This document shows positions 37,687 to 51,544 of a stretch of DNA of 64,000 bases, piece by piece (position 1 is the stretch's first letter; each line of letters opens with the position of its first letter). Origin of the DNA: the human T2T-CHM13v2.0 reference genome, Homo sapiens; NCBI RefSeq assembly GCF_009914755.1, contig NC_060943.1. One strand, given 5' to 3'. The position numbers were made by a program, and so were the translations under genes. The notes beneath the pieces are model-generated. The model was not told where the DNA came from, did no database searches, and saw only the letters and a list, made by a program, of their open reading frames with translations.

Positions 37687-38329
37687 TGTTCTCATCTTTA
37701 GGCGTGGGGTAAGCTTCTCTTCTTCATTCTCCTGGGCTTTAGTGCACCACAGTGTAAACACCACATCTTACACTTCCTCATTATCCAACAACAGTCTCCA
37801 AGGCTGGGATGGTTGAGTCTGCAAATCACGTTTGAGAGTCAGAGGATGTCAGAGCTGGAAGGGGTCTCAGTCTCCTCTTAAAGAGAAGATGTTGGGCAAG
37901 ATACTCCTTGGATCTGAATTCTAGACCTGTCCTTTCACTCATGGGCTAAGTGCTTTTGCAAGAAGGTGGTAGATGTTTTTTTCCAGGTTGTGCTAGCTTG
38001 GTCTAGAAAGCTCCCAGGATCTGGTTCTAGTTGTGTCCCTCTGTAACCTCACCTTCCACCCCCACCTCCCGGATCTCCAGCCACAGGAACTTTTCTGAAC
38101 ATGTTCTGATCCTGCTGTTCATATGCTTTTCTCCACACCAGGCTGAGAGAGGGACAAAGCATCCTTTAAACCCAGATCCCTGTCCACAGGCCTTTCCCTG
38201 ATCCTCCAGGTGGGGTCGCTCTTCCCCCGCTCCCTCTGTGCATTGTATGCAGTGTGTGGATTCTACCACACTCTAGGGCTACTCACAAGGCCCAGCAGAC
38301 CTGCAGGGTCTGTCCCCAACCTTCCTCCT

Positions 38330-38620
38330 AGAGTGACCTCTCATCACTTCAACTGCAGCCCCTCAGATGCACCAGGACCCCTCCTGCCATGGGGCCTTTG
38401 CAGATGCTGTGCTTTCCCTAAAGTCCTCTACTCCTCTTTACAATGGCCTTGGATTATAGTTAAAATGTTCCACATCTTTGTTGGGATTAATTGTTCAATG
38501 TCTTTGTCTTCACTGGGCAGCAAGCTCCATGGGGGCATAGATTATGATGGATTTTCTCCTAGTATAGAGCCCCAGCATGTAGCAGATCTAACAAACAAAG
38601 ACTTGGTGACTATATGTTAA
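38330..38620 (+). mobile_element. L2 3' fragment
   Basis: gggcctttgcagatgctgt..aagctccatgggggca..cccagcatgtagcagatct. Confidence 0.6.
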
Positions 38621-39346
38621 ATCTATGTAGATGATCCTCCATGACTTTATGAGCTCCTCAAGGGTAGGGTCTTCTTAATTTTATATCTCTAGCATTTACT
38701 ACAGAGCCTAAGCTCAGGTACTATTTTGGTTAGCATTCATTGGCTAGGTGAACAAAATTCTCCTTTTCTAGAGTTTAGTTTTCTCAACTAGAAAACTTGG
38801 GAGGTAGACAAGATCAGTATTCCTTACACTCTTTTTTAAAATGGTCATAGCTTCTTCGATGGGGCAAAGGTCCCCTTTTTTTCTAAGCTAACTTGTCCCA
38901 CTTACCAGTAAAAAAGTAACAAGCCAAATAACAACAAAGAATTGGATAGAAATATAATAATTTAAAATATTCACTCATGCTTTTTTTTGGCTGGCAACCC
39001 TCTTGTTCTTTTTGCCTTCTTTTTTTTCTTCCATTCTCTCTATTAATTGTCAGATTCAAACTAGACCAGAGTTTTCCATCACCTTAAAGAAAAAATTGTT
39101 GCTGCAGAAAGGCAAAGAGAAAAAAAAGTCAGTTCTCACCTCTCAACTTCAAACCAGACTATTGAAACCAATGGCTTGGTGTCACCAGGGGCCCTTCTGG
39201 AAGCAGACACACAGAGCTGAAATTGAGAGTTTAATGAGTTAAGGAGCTATTTACAGAGATTTGGGCCACGTTCAGGGTAACACATAGCCACTGGCATCGG
39301 GACGCCTTTATCACCTTAAGCTAGAGGAGTGAAAGGGAAGAGAAAG

Positions 39347-39741
39347 TGTGTTAGGTTGTCCTTGCATTGCTATAAAGAAATACCTGAGGATGGGTAATTT
39401 GTAAGAAAAGAGGTTTCATGGGCTCATGGTTCTGCAGGCTGTACAAGAAGTAGAGTGGTATCTACTTCTGGGGAGGCCCCAGGGAGCTTTTACTCATGGT
39501 GGAAGGTGAAGCAGGAGCAAGAGAGAGAGGGAGCAGGTGCCACATACTTTTAAACAGCCAGATCTTCTGAGAAGTCACTCACTATCACCAGGACAGTTCC
39601 AAGGGGATGGCACTAAGCCATTTATAAAAAAAAAAAAAATCACCCCCATGATCTAATCACCTCCCAGCAGGCCCCCCTGTGACATTGGGAATCACATTTC
39701 AACATGGGGTTCAGATGGAGACACAGTTCCAAACCATACCA
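39347..39741 (-). mobile_element. MSTA-like MaLR LTR
   Basis: gcattgctataaagaaatacctgag..ggttctgcaggctgtacaagaag..ccaaaccatacca; 5-bp TSD gaaag. Confidence 0.92.
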
Positions 39742-40225
39742 GAAAGCCTAGCAGAAAGGACTGCTTGGCAGGAGCTGTGACATTCAGCCGGGGACCCAGC
39801 AGGGATGGAGCTGGAGGAAGACATGCCCCTCTTTGTGCTTGTCTTCCTTTAGACTCTGCTAGGGCCACCCTTGCCTAAACTCATCCAGGAACCAGGAGGC
39901 AAGGGAGCCATGGATAAAGCCCTTGCAGCGGAGCCACCCAGAGCAGAGTGAGGGGCAAAGCGAAGGCCTCCAGAATGGACCAACACTGGCTTCAGAGAAG
40001 GAAGCTTAGAAGGACCTCAGCAATGCATTTATGCCACAGCAATAAATGTGGGAAAAACATAATAAGAAGTTCTCAGAGCCAGTTTTCCCTCCCTCTCCCA
40101 TCTTCATCCCTCAAAACAGATAAAGACCCTTGAAACTGGGGCAAAGGACAGGCATTCGGGGTGGAAGGTAGTGGGTGGCAGGGTTGAAGAAGCCCACTGA
40201 GGGCTCTGTCATACTGAAGTAAAAG

Positions 40226-40666
40226 TGAGACTCCACTCTAGAGGTGAGGCTCAGACACTGGACCAAATTAAGGACTGGCTAAAATAGGGCCTGGGCGGAA
40301 GCAGCTTTCCATAAGACATACCCACCAGTGTGCCACATCAGCTTACCATTACCATGGCAACACCTGGCAGTTACCGCCCCTTTCTATGGCAATGACCCAA
40401 TAACCTCAAAGTTACCACACTTTTTCTAAAAGTTCCTGCATAAACTACCCCTTAATCTACATGTGATTAAAAGTGGGTGTAAACATGCATGCAGAACTGC
40501 TTAGAGGTGCTGCTACTCTCAGTGCACTGCTCATGGGGTAGCCCTGCTCTGCAAGAGCAGTCGTGGAGCTGCCACATTGCTGCTTCAGTAAAGCCATTTT
40601 CTGCTGGGCGCAGCCAAGAACCCTCAAAGGCTGAGCCCCACTTAAGGGCTCACCTGCCCTGCATCA
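40226..40666 (+). mobile_element. ERV1 (MER41/LTR26-like) LTR
   Basis: ccatggcaacacc..ccccttaatctacatg..ggggtagccctgctctgca..cacctgccctgcatca. Confidence 0.7.
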
Positions 40667-42738
40667 ATATCCCCTGGACTGAGTTCCTTAACAATAAAGA
40701 ACTGAAGCCCTAGATTAACGCCAGAAGCTGAGTGCCTGGGGAGCCTGAACCATACTTCCAGTGGAGCCTAGGGAACCAACAAGTCTCCTGAGGGCCTCCA
40801 GCACCAGCAGGGTGTGTCAGCATCGGAGCTGTGGTGGAGTCTAATCAAGGCACCAGAGCCCCCCAGCCCATGTTTCCTGCAGGCCCATGCAGGGCAGGAG
40901 AGATCCCTTTAAGTTCCATGTGTTTCACCTGTGTACACCCCAAGAAGGTATAGAGGTTGCTGAGACCAGAGGTCAGGGGGACCATGGAGGTCACTCAGCA
41001 GATGTCAACATTCACAGACAATGATGCTTAAAAGCCAGACCGCACACATGAGCTTCTTGAAGTTCTTCTGCAACTTCCCTGAGGAGGAGAGGGGAAAACT
41101 CATGCAAAGACTGAATTTACTCATTTACTAACATGAAGTTTCAGCTCTGGTAGGGAAGGGAGGTTGAGAGAGAAACTAAGTTCAGCTATAGAAACATCAA
41201 GCTGTGTTTCTTTCATGCACACCTGAGTTGTGGCCCTGTTCAATAGACGTCTCCTCGATTGGATCAGGTGAGCCTTTGTGTGGCCCAGCAAGGCTTCAGA
41301 ACTCACTTGTGAAAGTATAGAAAGGACAGGTATCACAAGAGAGGGGACACTTGCCTGGCCTCCCCATCCTTTCCTCTGTCATTTAGCTTTTGTTTGGAAT
41401 ATAGGGTAAGTAAAAAGATTAAAAGCCCCACATGACCTTGGAACTTCATCACTTAGATGGTAGAGAGACTCATAATACACAACATGCCTTTGAAACCATT
41501 TTACCCTCTGGCCTGTGTCACCGGGAAAAATCTCTCTCATTGTTCTGCTGGCCCCTGGCCATAGGCCCACACCTTGGAATCCTAGTTTCCAGTCCACTGA
41601 AGCTGGTTGATAATAAAAAATGAATCCATTAAGTTTGTACCTGAATTTTTTCCTGCAAGCATCTAAGGAACTGATACCATCTTCTTACCAAAAAATATCT
41701 CACTTCTACTGCATTTCATCAGAGTTACAAGGGATTACAGCTAAGTCTGTAAGGGAATAATAAAATGCAAGAAACGGAAGATCATTTAGGGCTGAGAGAT
41801 GAGTTAATTCAGATAAGAAAATGAAGACCCAAGGAGAAAAAAATTATTTCCCAAAGACCACCTTCTAAGTTAAAGACTTAAATCAGGCCTCTTGATTGAA
41901 AGACCAAAGTCTTTTCTTTCTGCCATTTTGACTCCCCACACCACCACAATCTCCATCTACATCAGGAAGTTATGGCTGGCACCTTCCACAGATGGACCTG
42001 AGTACTCTGTCTACCCCAGGCCCCATACTCTGCACTGGGGGATTACATGAGGAGGAAGACAGACCTGGTCGCTGCCTTTGAAGTGTATATACCTGCCTGC
42101 ATTGAACTGGATCAAGAGTCCTGATTTAGGTTATTTGGAGTGGCTGGTGCGTTCCAAAAGCATCTTTCTTAGCAAGCTGAGACCAATCAAAGGGTTGATG
42201 CCCAAATCTCATCTGTGCAAGCATGAGAAGACACCATCAGCTTTGGACTTTCCATGTCCTGGTTAAAACCAGTAGACAATTTGTGCCTCCCTAAATGAAG
42301 AACTTAGTGAGTGGTTGGAAAGATGGCTGAAGCCATCATTGGTGTAAGCATTTTCAAGGGCATGCCTGTATGGTTGCTTGCACTCAGGCTGATGTTTAGT
42401 GTAACATTTTAAAGATCTGCTGGGAGGGAGGCTTCGGGGCTAAATGATACTAAGAGTCCACCTCAGGAAAAATGCTTTGGTAGCCGATGAGGACTGTGTT
42501 CTGAAAACTCAACCACTGCACTCCCCACGCCCTATGCACAGGTTTCTATGGGACCCTTGAGTCCTCCACACCTGCCAGTGCAGGCAGCCAGGGCTTTCCA
42601 ACCCCACACCCCAGGAAAAGGGTTCCTAGATACCAGAGCAAAGAAAGGCAGTGTGGGATTTATAGCTTCAAAATAGTCTTTGGATATAAAGAGTCTTGAT
42701 TTGTAGAGACAATTTTTTGATGCACTAAAGTCTCAAGA

Positions 42739-43014
42739 GGCCTGGCATGGTGGCTCACGATTGTTATTCCAGCTCTTTGGGAGGCCAAGGTGGGAGGATG
42801 ACTTGAGGCCAGGGATTGGAGACCAGCCTGGCCAACCTAGTGAGACTCCATCTCTACATTTTCTTAAAAAAATTAGCCAGGTATGGTAGCATATGCCTGT
42901 AGTCCCAGCTACTCAAGAAGCTGATGCGGGATGATTGCTTGAACCCAGGAGTTCAAGGCTGCAGTGAGCCCTGATTATACAATTGCACTCCAGCCTGGGC
43001 AACAGAACTTTGTT

Positions 43015-43046
<32 letters not shown>
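42739..43046 (+). mobile_element. AluJ with long pure A tail
   Basis: ggaggatgacttgaggccagg..caggagttcaaggctgcagtgag; A28. Confidence 0.92.
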
Positions 43047-43048
<2 letters not shown>

Positions 43049-43089
43049 AAATCGTTATCCTTTAAGAGTTTCTCCTTGCCCTTTAGATG

Positions 43090-43500
43090 AGACACTAACT
43101 TCTACTGCATCTATAAATCCCCACATCCCCTCTCCTCAGTTTCCAACCTCATCTCCTGCACTTTCCCTCCTGCCAGCCCTGCTTGGCAAGGCCTTCAGCT
43201 CCTCACACACAAGCCTCTGCCCTGCATGGGGCCTTGTGCAGTCTCTTCCCTCCCTTGGAACTCTTCCACCTGCTTCCCCTGTCTGTATTTGTCCTCTTTG
43301 ATTCCTGTTTCAGCCTTTTAATGTCACTTCCTCAGAGAGAGCTTTGCTGATCTTCCAGTCTAGCTCCTGGTTGCTAGTGACTTCCCCTCTAGTTTTCCTG
43401 CATGGCAGTTCATGAAACTCTTAGCATGCTTCAGCGCGTGTCCCTTCTGTTAAATGCCTGCCTTCCATAAGCTCGCGAAGCCGGGCAGAACTTGACGGTG
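43090..43500 (+). mobile_element. L2 3' fragment
   Basis: ggggccttgtgcagtctcttccctccc..aatgtcacttcctcagagaga. Confidence 0.6.
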
Positions 43501-45439
43501 GCTCTCTGGTTTCAAAGATCTCCACCCTTGTCACTACACAATGCTCCTGAAGAAATGAATCTGAAAGAAACAAAGAAGCAGAAAGTATACATCAAGCCTA
43601 TGTGGAAGAGGGCCACTGTAATGATGTCTGAAGCTCCTGTGGGCCTCTCCCTACCTGGCAGGAGAAGTTCACTGTGCCTCAGGGACCTCAGGGAGGAGAC
43701 AGGGTGCTGAGCATGGCTTTGGTGTGACCCTGGGATGTCACCCAACCTTGTTCCTGGCCCATCCACAGCCCCTGCTTGCCATAGAGCCAAGTAGCTTCCT
43801 TATGCAGTAGGAACTCTTATCCCCATTTATCAGAGAAGCAAGCCAAGGTGAGCAATGGACAGACCTGGAGCTGCCAGCATGATCATGTGATTGCAAACCC
43901 TGAGCTCCTTCCAATAACCATGTGTCTTATAAATAACAGTGATGGTGTGAGCTGTGCCCAGCACCACTGAAAAACAAAATGCCCTAGAGACAGTAATGTC
44001 AAATGGAGAGACAGACAGGTAGACAGACAGACAGGTAATCTCCCCTTTGCTACCACTCAGGATGTTGCTTCCTCTCAGTCTATTTCCCAAATCCTCCTTT
44101 CCCCGCACCCCATAATCTTGTCAGGGCTTACCTCCTCCCTATGCTCTGCGCTTTCATTAATTTTTTTATCACCTATCCCTCAGCTGTAATCTAGGACTTT
44201 GTAGGGACAATTAATTAAAGTGAGGAGGTTCTTAAAAGGAGGTATTGACCTGCAAGTCAGCCCTTTCTGTCTGCAGAATTAATCTTCAGATTACGGGTCA
44301 AGAGGAGACATCTTTAAAAAAGTGCCCAGCCAATCGATTTTTCAGATGTGTTCAGGAAGTCTCAACAGCTGTGTATGAACCTGATTGCATATCCTGCTTA
44401 CTGCCTAAGAAAAGCATACCCCACTGAGTACATGTGAGAGTGCAGCTTGTTTGAAGAATCTGTTGCTGTAGAAGGATTAAAGGGAAGACAAAGATAAAAT
44501 GTGTATTTTAAAAAGCATCTATTGATCTATCTATCTAGCTATCTATTATATATATATTTCCGGTCCTCAATCCTGGGCAGGGTGTGTGCTGTCAGAGATG
44601 GGCAAGGATGGGTGCCAGCCATTGGAGAGCTGTTCCAGGGAGGGAGCCGGACCTTAGCCAGCCCAGGCAGCACCAGAGAAAGACTCATCCAACACTGAAA
44701 TAGACGGCCCCAGTGTGCGCGTTACAATAGCAGGTGAGTAAAACTGTCTATTGTACACATGCGGATATAGGAGCTTTGCAATTATCTAGCCTAATGTGCA
44801 GATAAGGAAATCGGGGCCCTGGTAGGTACATGACTTTCTCAGTCTTGCTGTGTATGGTCCATTCCCCAAACTGAAATTCAGGACCTCTGACACCCAGGCT
44901 GGGCTCTAAGACATGCTGCCATTTCTCAGGGGAGCAATTGAGAGAAGCAGCCAGGCATTTTCCTGTCTGACCCCAACACCAGGGTTCTAATCTCCCTTAA
45001 GCTCACACAGCACCTCCCCAACCACTTTTGTGGAGAGAACAAAAAGAAAGATGTCGATTTACCCGGAGAGCATCTGTCACTAATAGTAACATGCGGCCTT
45101 CACTGAGGGTTAACTGTATGCAGGTGTCGTTCTTATCTTCTTACAAGTATTAGTCCATTTACAAATAAAGTGTGGGAGGCTTAGAAAGGTCAAGTGGCTT
45201 GTCTAAGCTCACAGAGCAAGTCAAAGCTGGAACCAGAATTCTGGGATTAGTCCTGTGTTGCAACAATTCTTTATTGCCTCAACGGACAAGGTGCACATCA
45301 ATTTGAATTACTTCAGCTAAGCTGAGTGACTTGATTCCTGTTCCTTACATTGATGAGGATGCCAGGCCTGTGCCTAACCCTTATCAGGAGCTGGAGAGCA
45401 CAAATGAAGGGACAAAGAGAAGTACACGGTAGCCGAGTA

Positions 45440-45640
45440 TAGTGAACAAAATCTCCCGCTTAGGTCAAACAGGGGCACGGTTGTGTTCTGCCTCATCTCA
45501 AGAAAAGTTAGGACCTAAGCTCCATGATCATCGGTTTTCTCATCTCTAAAACCGGCATAATAACATTCACCTTTTAGGGTTCCCAGGGATCTTGGATTAG
45601 TCTGCACACATTTCCAGGAACATTCCAGGCACCTGGGGAG
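45440..45640 (+). mobile_element. MIR
   Basis: ggttttctcatctctaaaaccggcataataacattcacc..tagggtt. Confidence 0.55.
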
Positions 45641-45836
45641 CAGTACAGCTCCTTCAGGAGGTCCTCGATCATCATGAACAGATGTTAGTAATCATGACTG
45701 ACACAGATGCTGCCTACGGGATGATGACGGTGGTGATGGTGATGATAAAGTTGTGGTTACGCTGCTGCTGTGATGATGGGATAACAGTGAGGACACAAGA
45801 AAGAACACGGCTCTGCCATGTCAGGACCATTTAGGT

Positions 45837-46049
45837 CAGTGGTTCCGAACCAGGAGTGATTTCACCCACAGGGGATGTTTGGCAATGCCTGGAAACACTT
45901 TTAGTTGTTCACACTGTTGGGGGAGGTGCTATTGGAATCCAGTCGTGGGGGCCAGGGACCTTCTTAAGCACCCTATAATGCATAGGAAAGCCCCCACAAG
46001 AAAGAATGGTCCAGCCAAAATGTCTGTGGGGCCCAGGTTAAAAAACCCT
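45837..46049. mobile_element. MER20 (hAT-Charlie MITE)
   Basis: cagtggttc..tttggcaatgcctggaaacactttt..aggttaaaaaaccctg with terminal inverted repeats. Confidence 0.9.
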
Positions 46050-47197
46050 GGTCTAGGAGGACAGAAAACCTGAACACTGGAAGTGAGAGATTGAAGCTTC
46101 CAGGAGCCTTGTTGACTACTTAACAAACCCCTTTCAGCTGCTGCTTTAAACCATACAGGAATCTGCACCTTAAAGGAAGAGGGCAGAGTTGTTGACAGTC
46201 GGGAAGACTATGGTGAAGCCGTTCCATGGGACCTCCTCCCTCTATTTGCCGGGCAGCCTGGTGCAGCTGCGTCCCCGGCCCCTCCAAGTCCACGTGGAAA
46301 CTGTCCCCTGGTTGTCTAGATGTGCAAAAGGGTGTCTGCAGGAGCAGTCTTGCTCTCCCAAGCCTCTGACACTGTGACAGGTGGACAGAAGCAGGAGCGG
46401 GAGGAGGAGGGGAGAGGAGGAGGAGAGCCACCCATAAATGAAAGAACAATGGAGCATCGATCAGCACTTTTTCACAGCAGGGGAGCTGCTTTGCTGAGCC
46501 CCAGCACTGTCAGACAGACCAGACCCTTGATTAAACCTGTGCAACTGCTGGCATGGATGGCCGTGCTTAGCTCCCATCAGCAACTCTGCCAGAAAGAAGA
46601 GGCGCCACAGAAGTTATGAAGGGGCCCAGGGCTGGCAGCTGGGTATCTGGAGGGCTGGTACCCTCTTCCCTCCACCAGAGCTGGCTCCAAATTTCAGACT
46701 CAAAGCAGAAAGTTTATTCTGTATTTTTCCAGGAGATGGGGCTGGTTGGAGGTGAGAGCACAGGGAAGGCTAGATTCCCTGGGAATCCCCTGTTGTTTTC
46801 CTCTCTGGGAGGCCTTGGTGTGCAGGTTCCAGACACTGCCCTAGTTCTCATCATAGGGCAGGGACACGGGGAGTCCTCACCAAATTCCAAATGCCTCCAC
46901 AGAGAGGGAGGCTCCGTGTGGTGATGAAACCTGCTCTGTTCATTTCGTCATTTGGAATTCTCTTGGATGGCCTGTGAGTTTTCTGTTATAGAATCAAAAA
47001 CCACATTTTCTTAAAAGATGACAGACTGTGGTCTGTTCTGCCTGAGACCCCCATGTGATGCCAGAGAAGCCACAACTCGCAGGCCCTGCATCACCTGCTG
47101 CTGTGTGCAGATGAGGAAGTCTGTCTTCCTGGAGGGGGTTCTTATGAGCACAAACAGTGACGAACGACGTTAAATGCATGATGAAAAACTAAGCCAC

Positions 47198-47290
47198 CAC
47201 AGAAAGCCAGCTGCTCACCCCATAGAGGCACAGAAAGCTGGCTGCTCACCCCACAGAGGCACAGAAAGCTGGCTGCTCACCCCACAGAGG
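47198..47290. repeat. 31-bp minisatellite x3
   Basis: cacagaaagctggctgctcaccccacagagg. Confidence 0.95.
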
Positions 47291-47315
47291 GAGAGCACTT
47301 TGTGGATGATACCTG

Positions 47316-47741
47316 ATTTTTTTCTTTCTTTTCTTTCTTTTCTTTTCTTTCTTTCCTTTTCTTTCTTTTCTTTTTTTCTTTCTTTCTCTTTCTTTCTTCC
47401 TTCCTTCCTTCCCTCCCTTCCCTCCCTTCCTCCCTTCCTTCCTTCCTTTCTTCCTTTCTTTTTTTGACAAAATTTCACTCTGTTACTCAGGCCAGAGTGC
47501 AGTGATGGGATCACAACTCACTGTAACCTCGACCTCCTAGGTTCAAGCAGTTCTCCTATCTCAGCCTTCTGAGTAGCTGGGACTACAGGTGCACAACACC
47601 ACACCCAGTTTATTTTTTTGATTTTTGGTAGAGGGTGTTGCTGTGCTGTCCAGGCTGGTCTTGATCTCCTGGCCTCAAGTGATTATCCCACCATGGCCTC
47701 CCAAAGTGTTGGGATTACAAGTGTGACCGCCATGCCTGGCC
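47316..47741 (-). mobile_element. AluJ with expanded (TTTC/TTCC)n tail at 47316-47466
   Basis: Antisense Alu body at 47467-47741 preceded by a 150-bp pyrimidine tract. Confidence 0.9.
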
Positions 47742-47860
47742 AAGACCTGCTTCTTAATCATTGTTGGATTCACAGAGCTTCACACTGTGCCATCCATGGT
47801 ACCATAGAGAGAAAGGAAAGCACTTGTAAATGTGTATGTTACTGCCCCCGCTACCTCCCG

Positions 47861-48032
47861 GGGAGGTGAATCCCTCATCAGGGGCCTCTGCTGAGTGGAT
47901 GATGGGTATGGAGATGGGAGGGAGGGGAATCCCTCATCAGGGCCTCTGCTGAGGGGGTGATGGGTATGGAGATGTGGGGGAGGGGAATCCCTCATCAGGG
48001 CCTCTGCTGAGGGGGTGATGGGTATGGAGATG
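47861..48032. repeat. 58-bp G-rich minisatellite x3
   Basis: gggaggggaatccctcatcagggcctctgctgagggggtgatgggtatggagatg. Confidence 0.95.
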
Positions 48033-49063
48033 CAGGAGAAGAGGAGTTGGTACAGAGCTGAATTGTCCAACATACAACAGAGAAATAAATGAAAAGTAAG
48101 GCAGTGGCTAACATGGGGTTTGGGTGGGGCCAAGGAAAATTGAGTAGCTGGCAGGCGGGTAGCAGGAAAGGGGAACGACGGGGGCTGCGATGTTACAGGG
48201 TAGGTTCTGAAGTTGTCTGACAGGTGGTGAGTGATAGAGACCTTTTTCTTGATCTCCCAGTGAAAACTTTAGTAATCACACGACTGCCACTTTTGTAAAA
48301 GGGGCTTGCATTTGGGGGCTGCAAGGTTGGCGCAAGGTTAGATCCGGGGTTGCCCATGGGAGACCTGCCACAGCCAGGCTGCATGGGAACAGAGCACTCG
48401 CTTCTTCTCATGGCTGTGCTGGTGCATGGCAGCCCCTGACTCAGGTCCACAGTCTGACACTGCCAGGTTCAAGGTTGGACTTTACCCCTGGCCCAGATCT
48501 CCCACAGGCTACTTATTCCTATCTCCTTCCAAATTCAGCAACTCATTACACCACCTTGAAGAAGATGGGGCAGAGCGGAGGGGAGGCTAGAGGGACAATC
48601 CCAAAAAGAGCCCTAAATCTACATCAGATTTTCCTTTTAACTAAAATCTATTTGGTATTCAGCAGAAATTTTGAGTCTAGTGTTTGACATAATTTAATAG
48701 TGTGCATTAATGACTATAATTTTCCCCTGTAGTCGAGATACTAAGAAAATGAGACGTGCTTCATCTACACCACACACAACAGTAACCAGGACAGACTTGG
48801 AAATGACAGTAAAGAACAAAGTCCGTGAGGGCCAACAGCTTGTGGGGAACTTCAGAGACACGCAGCACTCCACATAGAAAGCACATTCCACTCCAGTTGT
48901 AAGAAGGTTTGAGCCTCCCTGGTATTTGTTACGTTCTTTTACGCTGACTACATTTCTGTGTGGTGAGTAAAACCATTCTCATTGTGCAGGTGCCAAAGCT
49001 GAGGCCAGAGGGATTAGGAGATGGTATATGTCCAAGGATAACATTAAGATGTTTTAAGTTCAG

Positions 49064-49409
49064 TTTATTTTATTTTATTTTATTCTTTATAGACAGAGTC
49101 TTGCTCTGTTGCCCAGGCTGGAGTGTAGTGGCACAATCACAGCTCACTGCAACCTGGAACTCCTGAACTCAGGCAAACCTTCCTCCTCAGCCTCCTGAGT
49201 AGCTAAGGCTACAGGCATGCACCAACACACCTGGCTATTTTGTTATTATTATTATTATTATTATCATTATTATTATTATTATTATTATTCGTAGAGACAG
49301 GGTCTTGCTATGTTGACCAGGCTGATCTTGAACTCCTGACCTCAAGCAATTCTTCCTCCTCGGCCGCCCTAAGTGCTGGGATTGCAGGCCTGAGCCACCA
49401 TGCCAGTCC
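49064..49409 (-). mobile_element. AluJ with (ATT)n expansion in the linker
   Basis: Antisense dimer; ATT repeat at ~49243-49289. Confidence 0.9.
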
Positions 49410-49782
49410 ATAAAGTTTTATTTTAAGTCCTTAGATGTGGGATTTCCTTTTTAGAGCAGCAAGTACTACCTGAACTAAAACAGGTGGTCTTGCAACTTGC
49501 AATGGATTATGGAAATAGATGGCATCTATATTGGTGAGGTTCTCACCAAAACTCAAACAGAATAAATGTCATTTGAAGAACAAATCTCAACTTTAACTTT
49601 CTTTCATCCATGGGTAAGTGCTACATTTTTTAAAAAAATATGAATTTAAATAAAAGTAATTTATTGTGGTGAGAATATATATTACCTGTCACGAAACATG
49701 TCCTTCTGTATGTTAACTTACCCAGGCAAATGAAAACTTTAGTAAAAACATTTACGTCTATATCTGTCTTCTAAACTACACC

Positions 49783-49794
49783 TGTGTGTGTGTG

Positions 49795-49825
<31 letters not shown>
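49783..49825. repeat. (TG)n microsatellite
   Basis: Direct observation. Confidence 0.95.
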
Positions 49826-49828
<3 letters not shown>

Positions 49829-51091
49829 AGGGGTTCCTACTTTCTGATGTACAGGACTCTGAGGCCTGAATAGTTCATTGCCATAAACTGAGTTACTTCT
49901 TTTGGAAAAACATAAATTTTGTTATTTTAGTCTTCTTTAACTTTCATGTGTTTGACTTGCCTTAATTATATATTGGTAGAATTAAATGTTTCATGATCAG
50001 AATTTGGACTTTTGCACATGAGTCCACAAGTGTTGGAAGCTTTCTCAGGTGCAGCAATGCCAATCTCCAAAAGGTCCAACTCGGTAAGCCAGTGTTTGTG
50101 CCACTATTTATGTGTTTGTTATTTTACGCTTCAAAAAATAAATTAGAACAGAACAGAAAAATGATACTAGTAACAAAGATGTTTGTCCCATCACTGTAAT
50201 ATAATTAAGACCGAGATGGAATGGATCAATGAGCTGCATGCGTAAGTCTCCATCTCAAATAGACTTTCAAATGGTTGCATTATAAAGGAAAAAAAACTAG
50301 ATTCAATGAAATGTGTTCAATATTATGCATAAAAGGCACAATGTATTCAGATATTTTATACTAGTTTTCGGCTTCTGGCAACAGAGCACATCCACCCAGC
50401 TACCACCACAGCTAAAACTATAATACTATTTGTTTTATGATGTCTTTTATACATGCTTTCAAGAACACATTATATACAAAATAGGTGTTTCTAATGTGCT
50501 TCACTTTTCCTGTGGCCTCCCAGAGGCTAAAAGCCACATTTGTAGCACAGTTTTCATGACCGTAGAGGCCCTGAAGGCCTGAATGTCATCTCTTCCCCAC
50601 TGTTCACTCCTTTTACTGGTGTTATACCCCAACTCTATGGAACACTATTAAACATTTTCTTTGGCTCCAATGTTTTAAAACTCAATTGTCTTTGTTCAGT
50701 ATGAATTTGTGATCTGTGTCAAATCCTCGTGTTGTGTAGTGAGGTGGGGAACAGGTGAAGGCATAGGGGTTGAGTAAAATGCTGAGCATGCAACAGGTGC
50801 TGGGCAAGTGACCGTGAATGCTGGGAGGACCCTTCTGCCTATTCTTCCATAATGGCAGAAGTGGACAAGCAGACATTAGTGTACAGTGAGACCACATCTA
50901 TAGCATAGGTGTGCACAAGGTGACTGAAGACCTGGGAGAAGGATGTGTAAACCAGCAACTAGCGAAGGGCTCTTCAATAGCAAAACTCAAAGCATCCCTT
51001 CGGCATAGAATATCAACTATCTAAGGAGTAAAAATTTTAAGTTGACTTTTGGGTCTGGTTCAGCTGACAGAGTGAGCATGTATTTATTTCC

Positions 51092-51205
51092 TGTAGTGGA
51101 TTGAATGTTTGTGCCATTCCAAAATTCATATGTTTAAGTTCTAAACCCCAATATGATGGCATTAGAAGATGGGGCCTTTGGAATTTAATGAGCTCATGAA
51201 GGCTT
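51092..51205 (+). mobile_element. MLT1A/MST LTR 5' fragment
   Basis: ttgaatgtttgtgcc..aaaattcatatgtt..ggggcctttg. Confidence 0.7.
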
Positions 51206-51544
51206 GAGGTGGATATTCCATTCTCCCTTTGATTTTCCTAAATATTGCCCACATCTTTTAATATCTGTCTCCTTATCCAAATTTGCCCAATTACATAGTT
51301 AAGGGAACCATCTGAGACAGATAAACTCTGATAGAGAGTGCAGAATTTCAAATCTAGAAATTCGTACTCTTCTAAACTACTAAGAGAATAAGAAATAAGA
51401 TGCATGTATATTATCTATGGTTATAAAAGTAACTGAAAGCATAACTAAAAATAAAGTTATACTGTTAAGAGAATGTGTGAGGAAGAGATGAGAGGGTCTA
51501 GAGAAGTGCAAAGAGCTAAGCTATTTGTCTTCCACATTAAAGTT

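Noticed and set aside
44150-44400. TAAT/ATTA-rich unique segment resembling a conserved developmental enhancer
   Set aside because: Short motifs are expected by chance; cannot be supported without conservation data.
47174-47514. Lys/Glu/Arg-rich and Phe/Ser/Leu-rich ORFs
   Set aside because: Artefacts of the TC simple repeat.
47861-48032. CRISPR-like array of palindromic repeats
   Set aside because: Head-to-tail units with no unique spacers, primate DNA, no cas genes.
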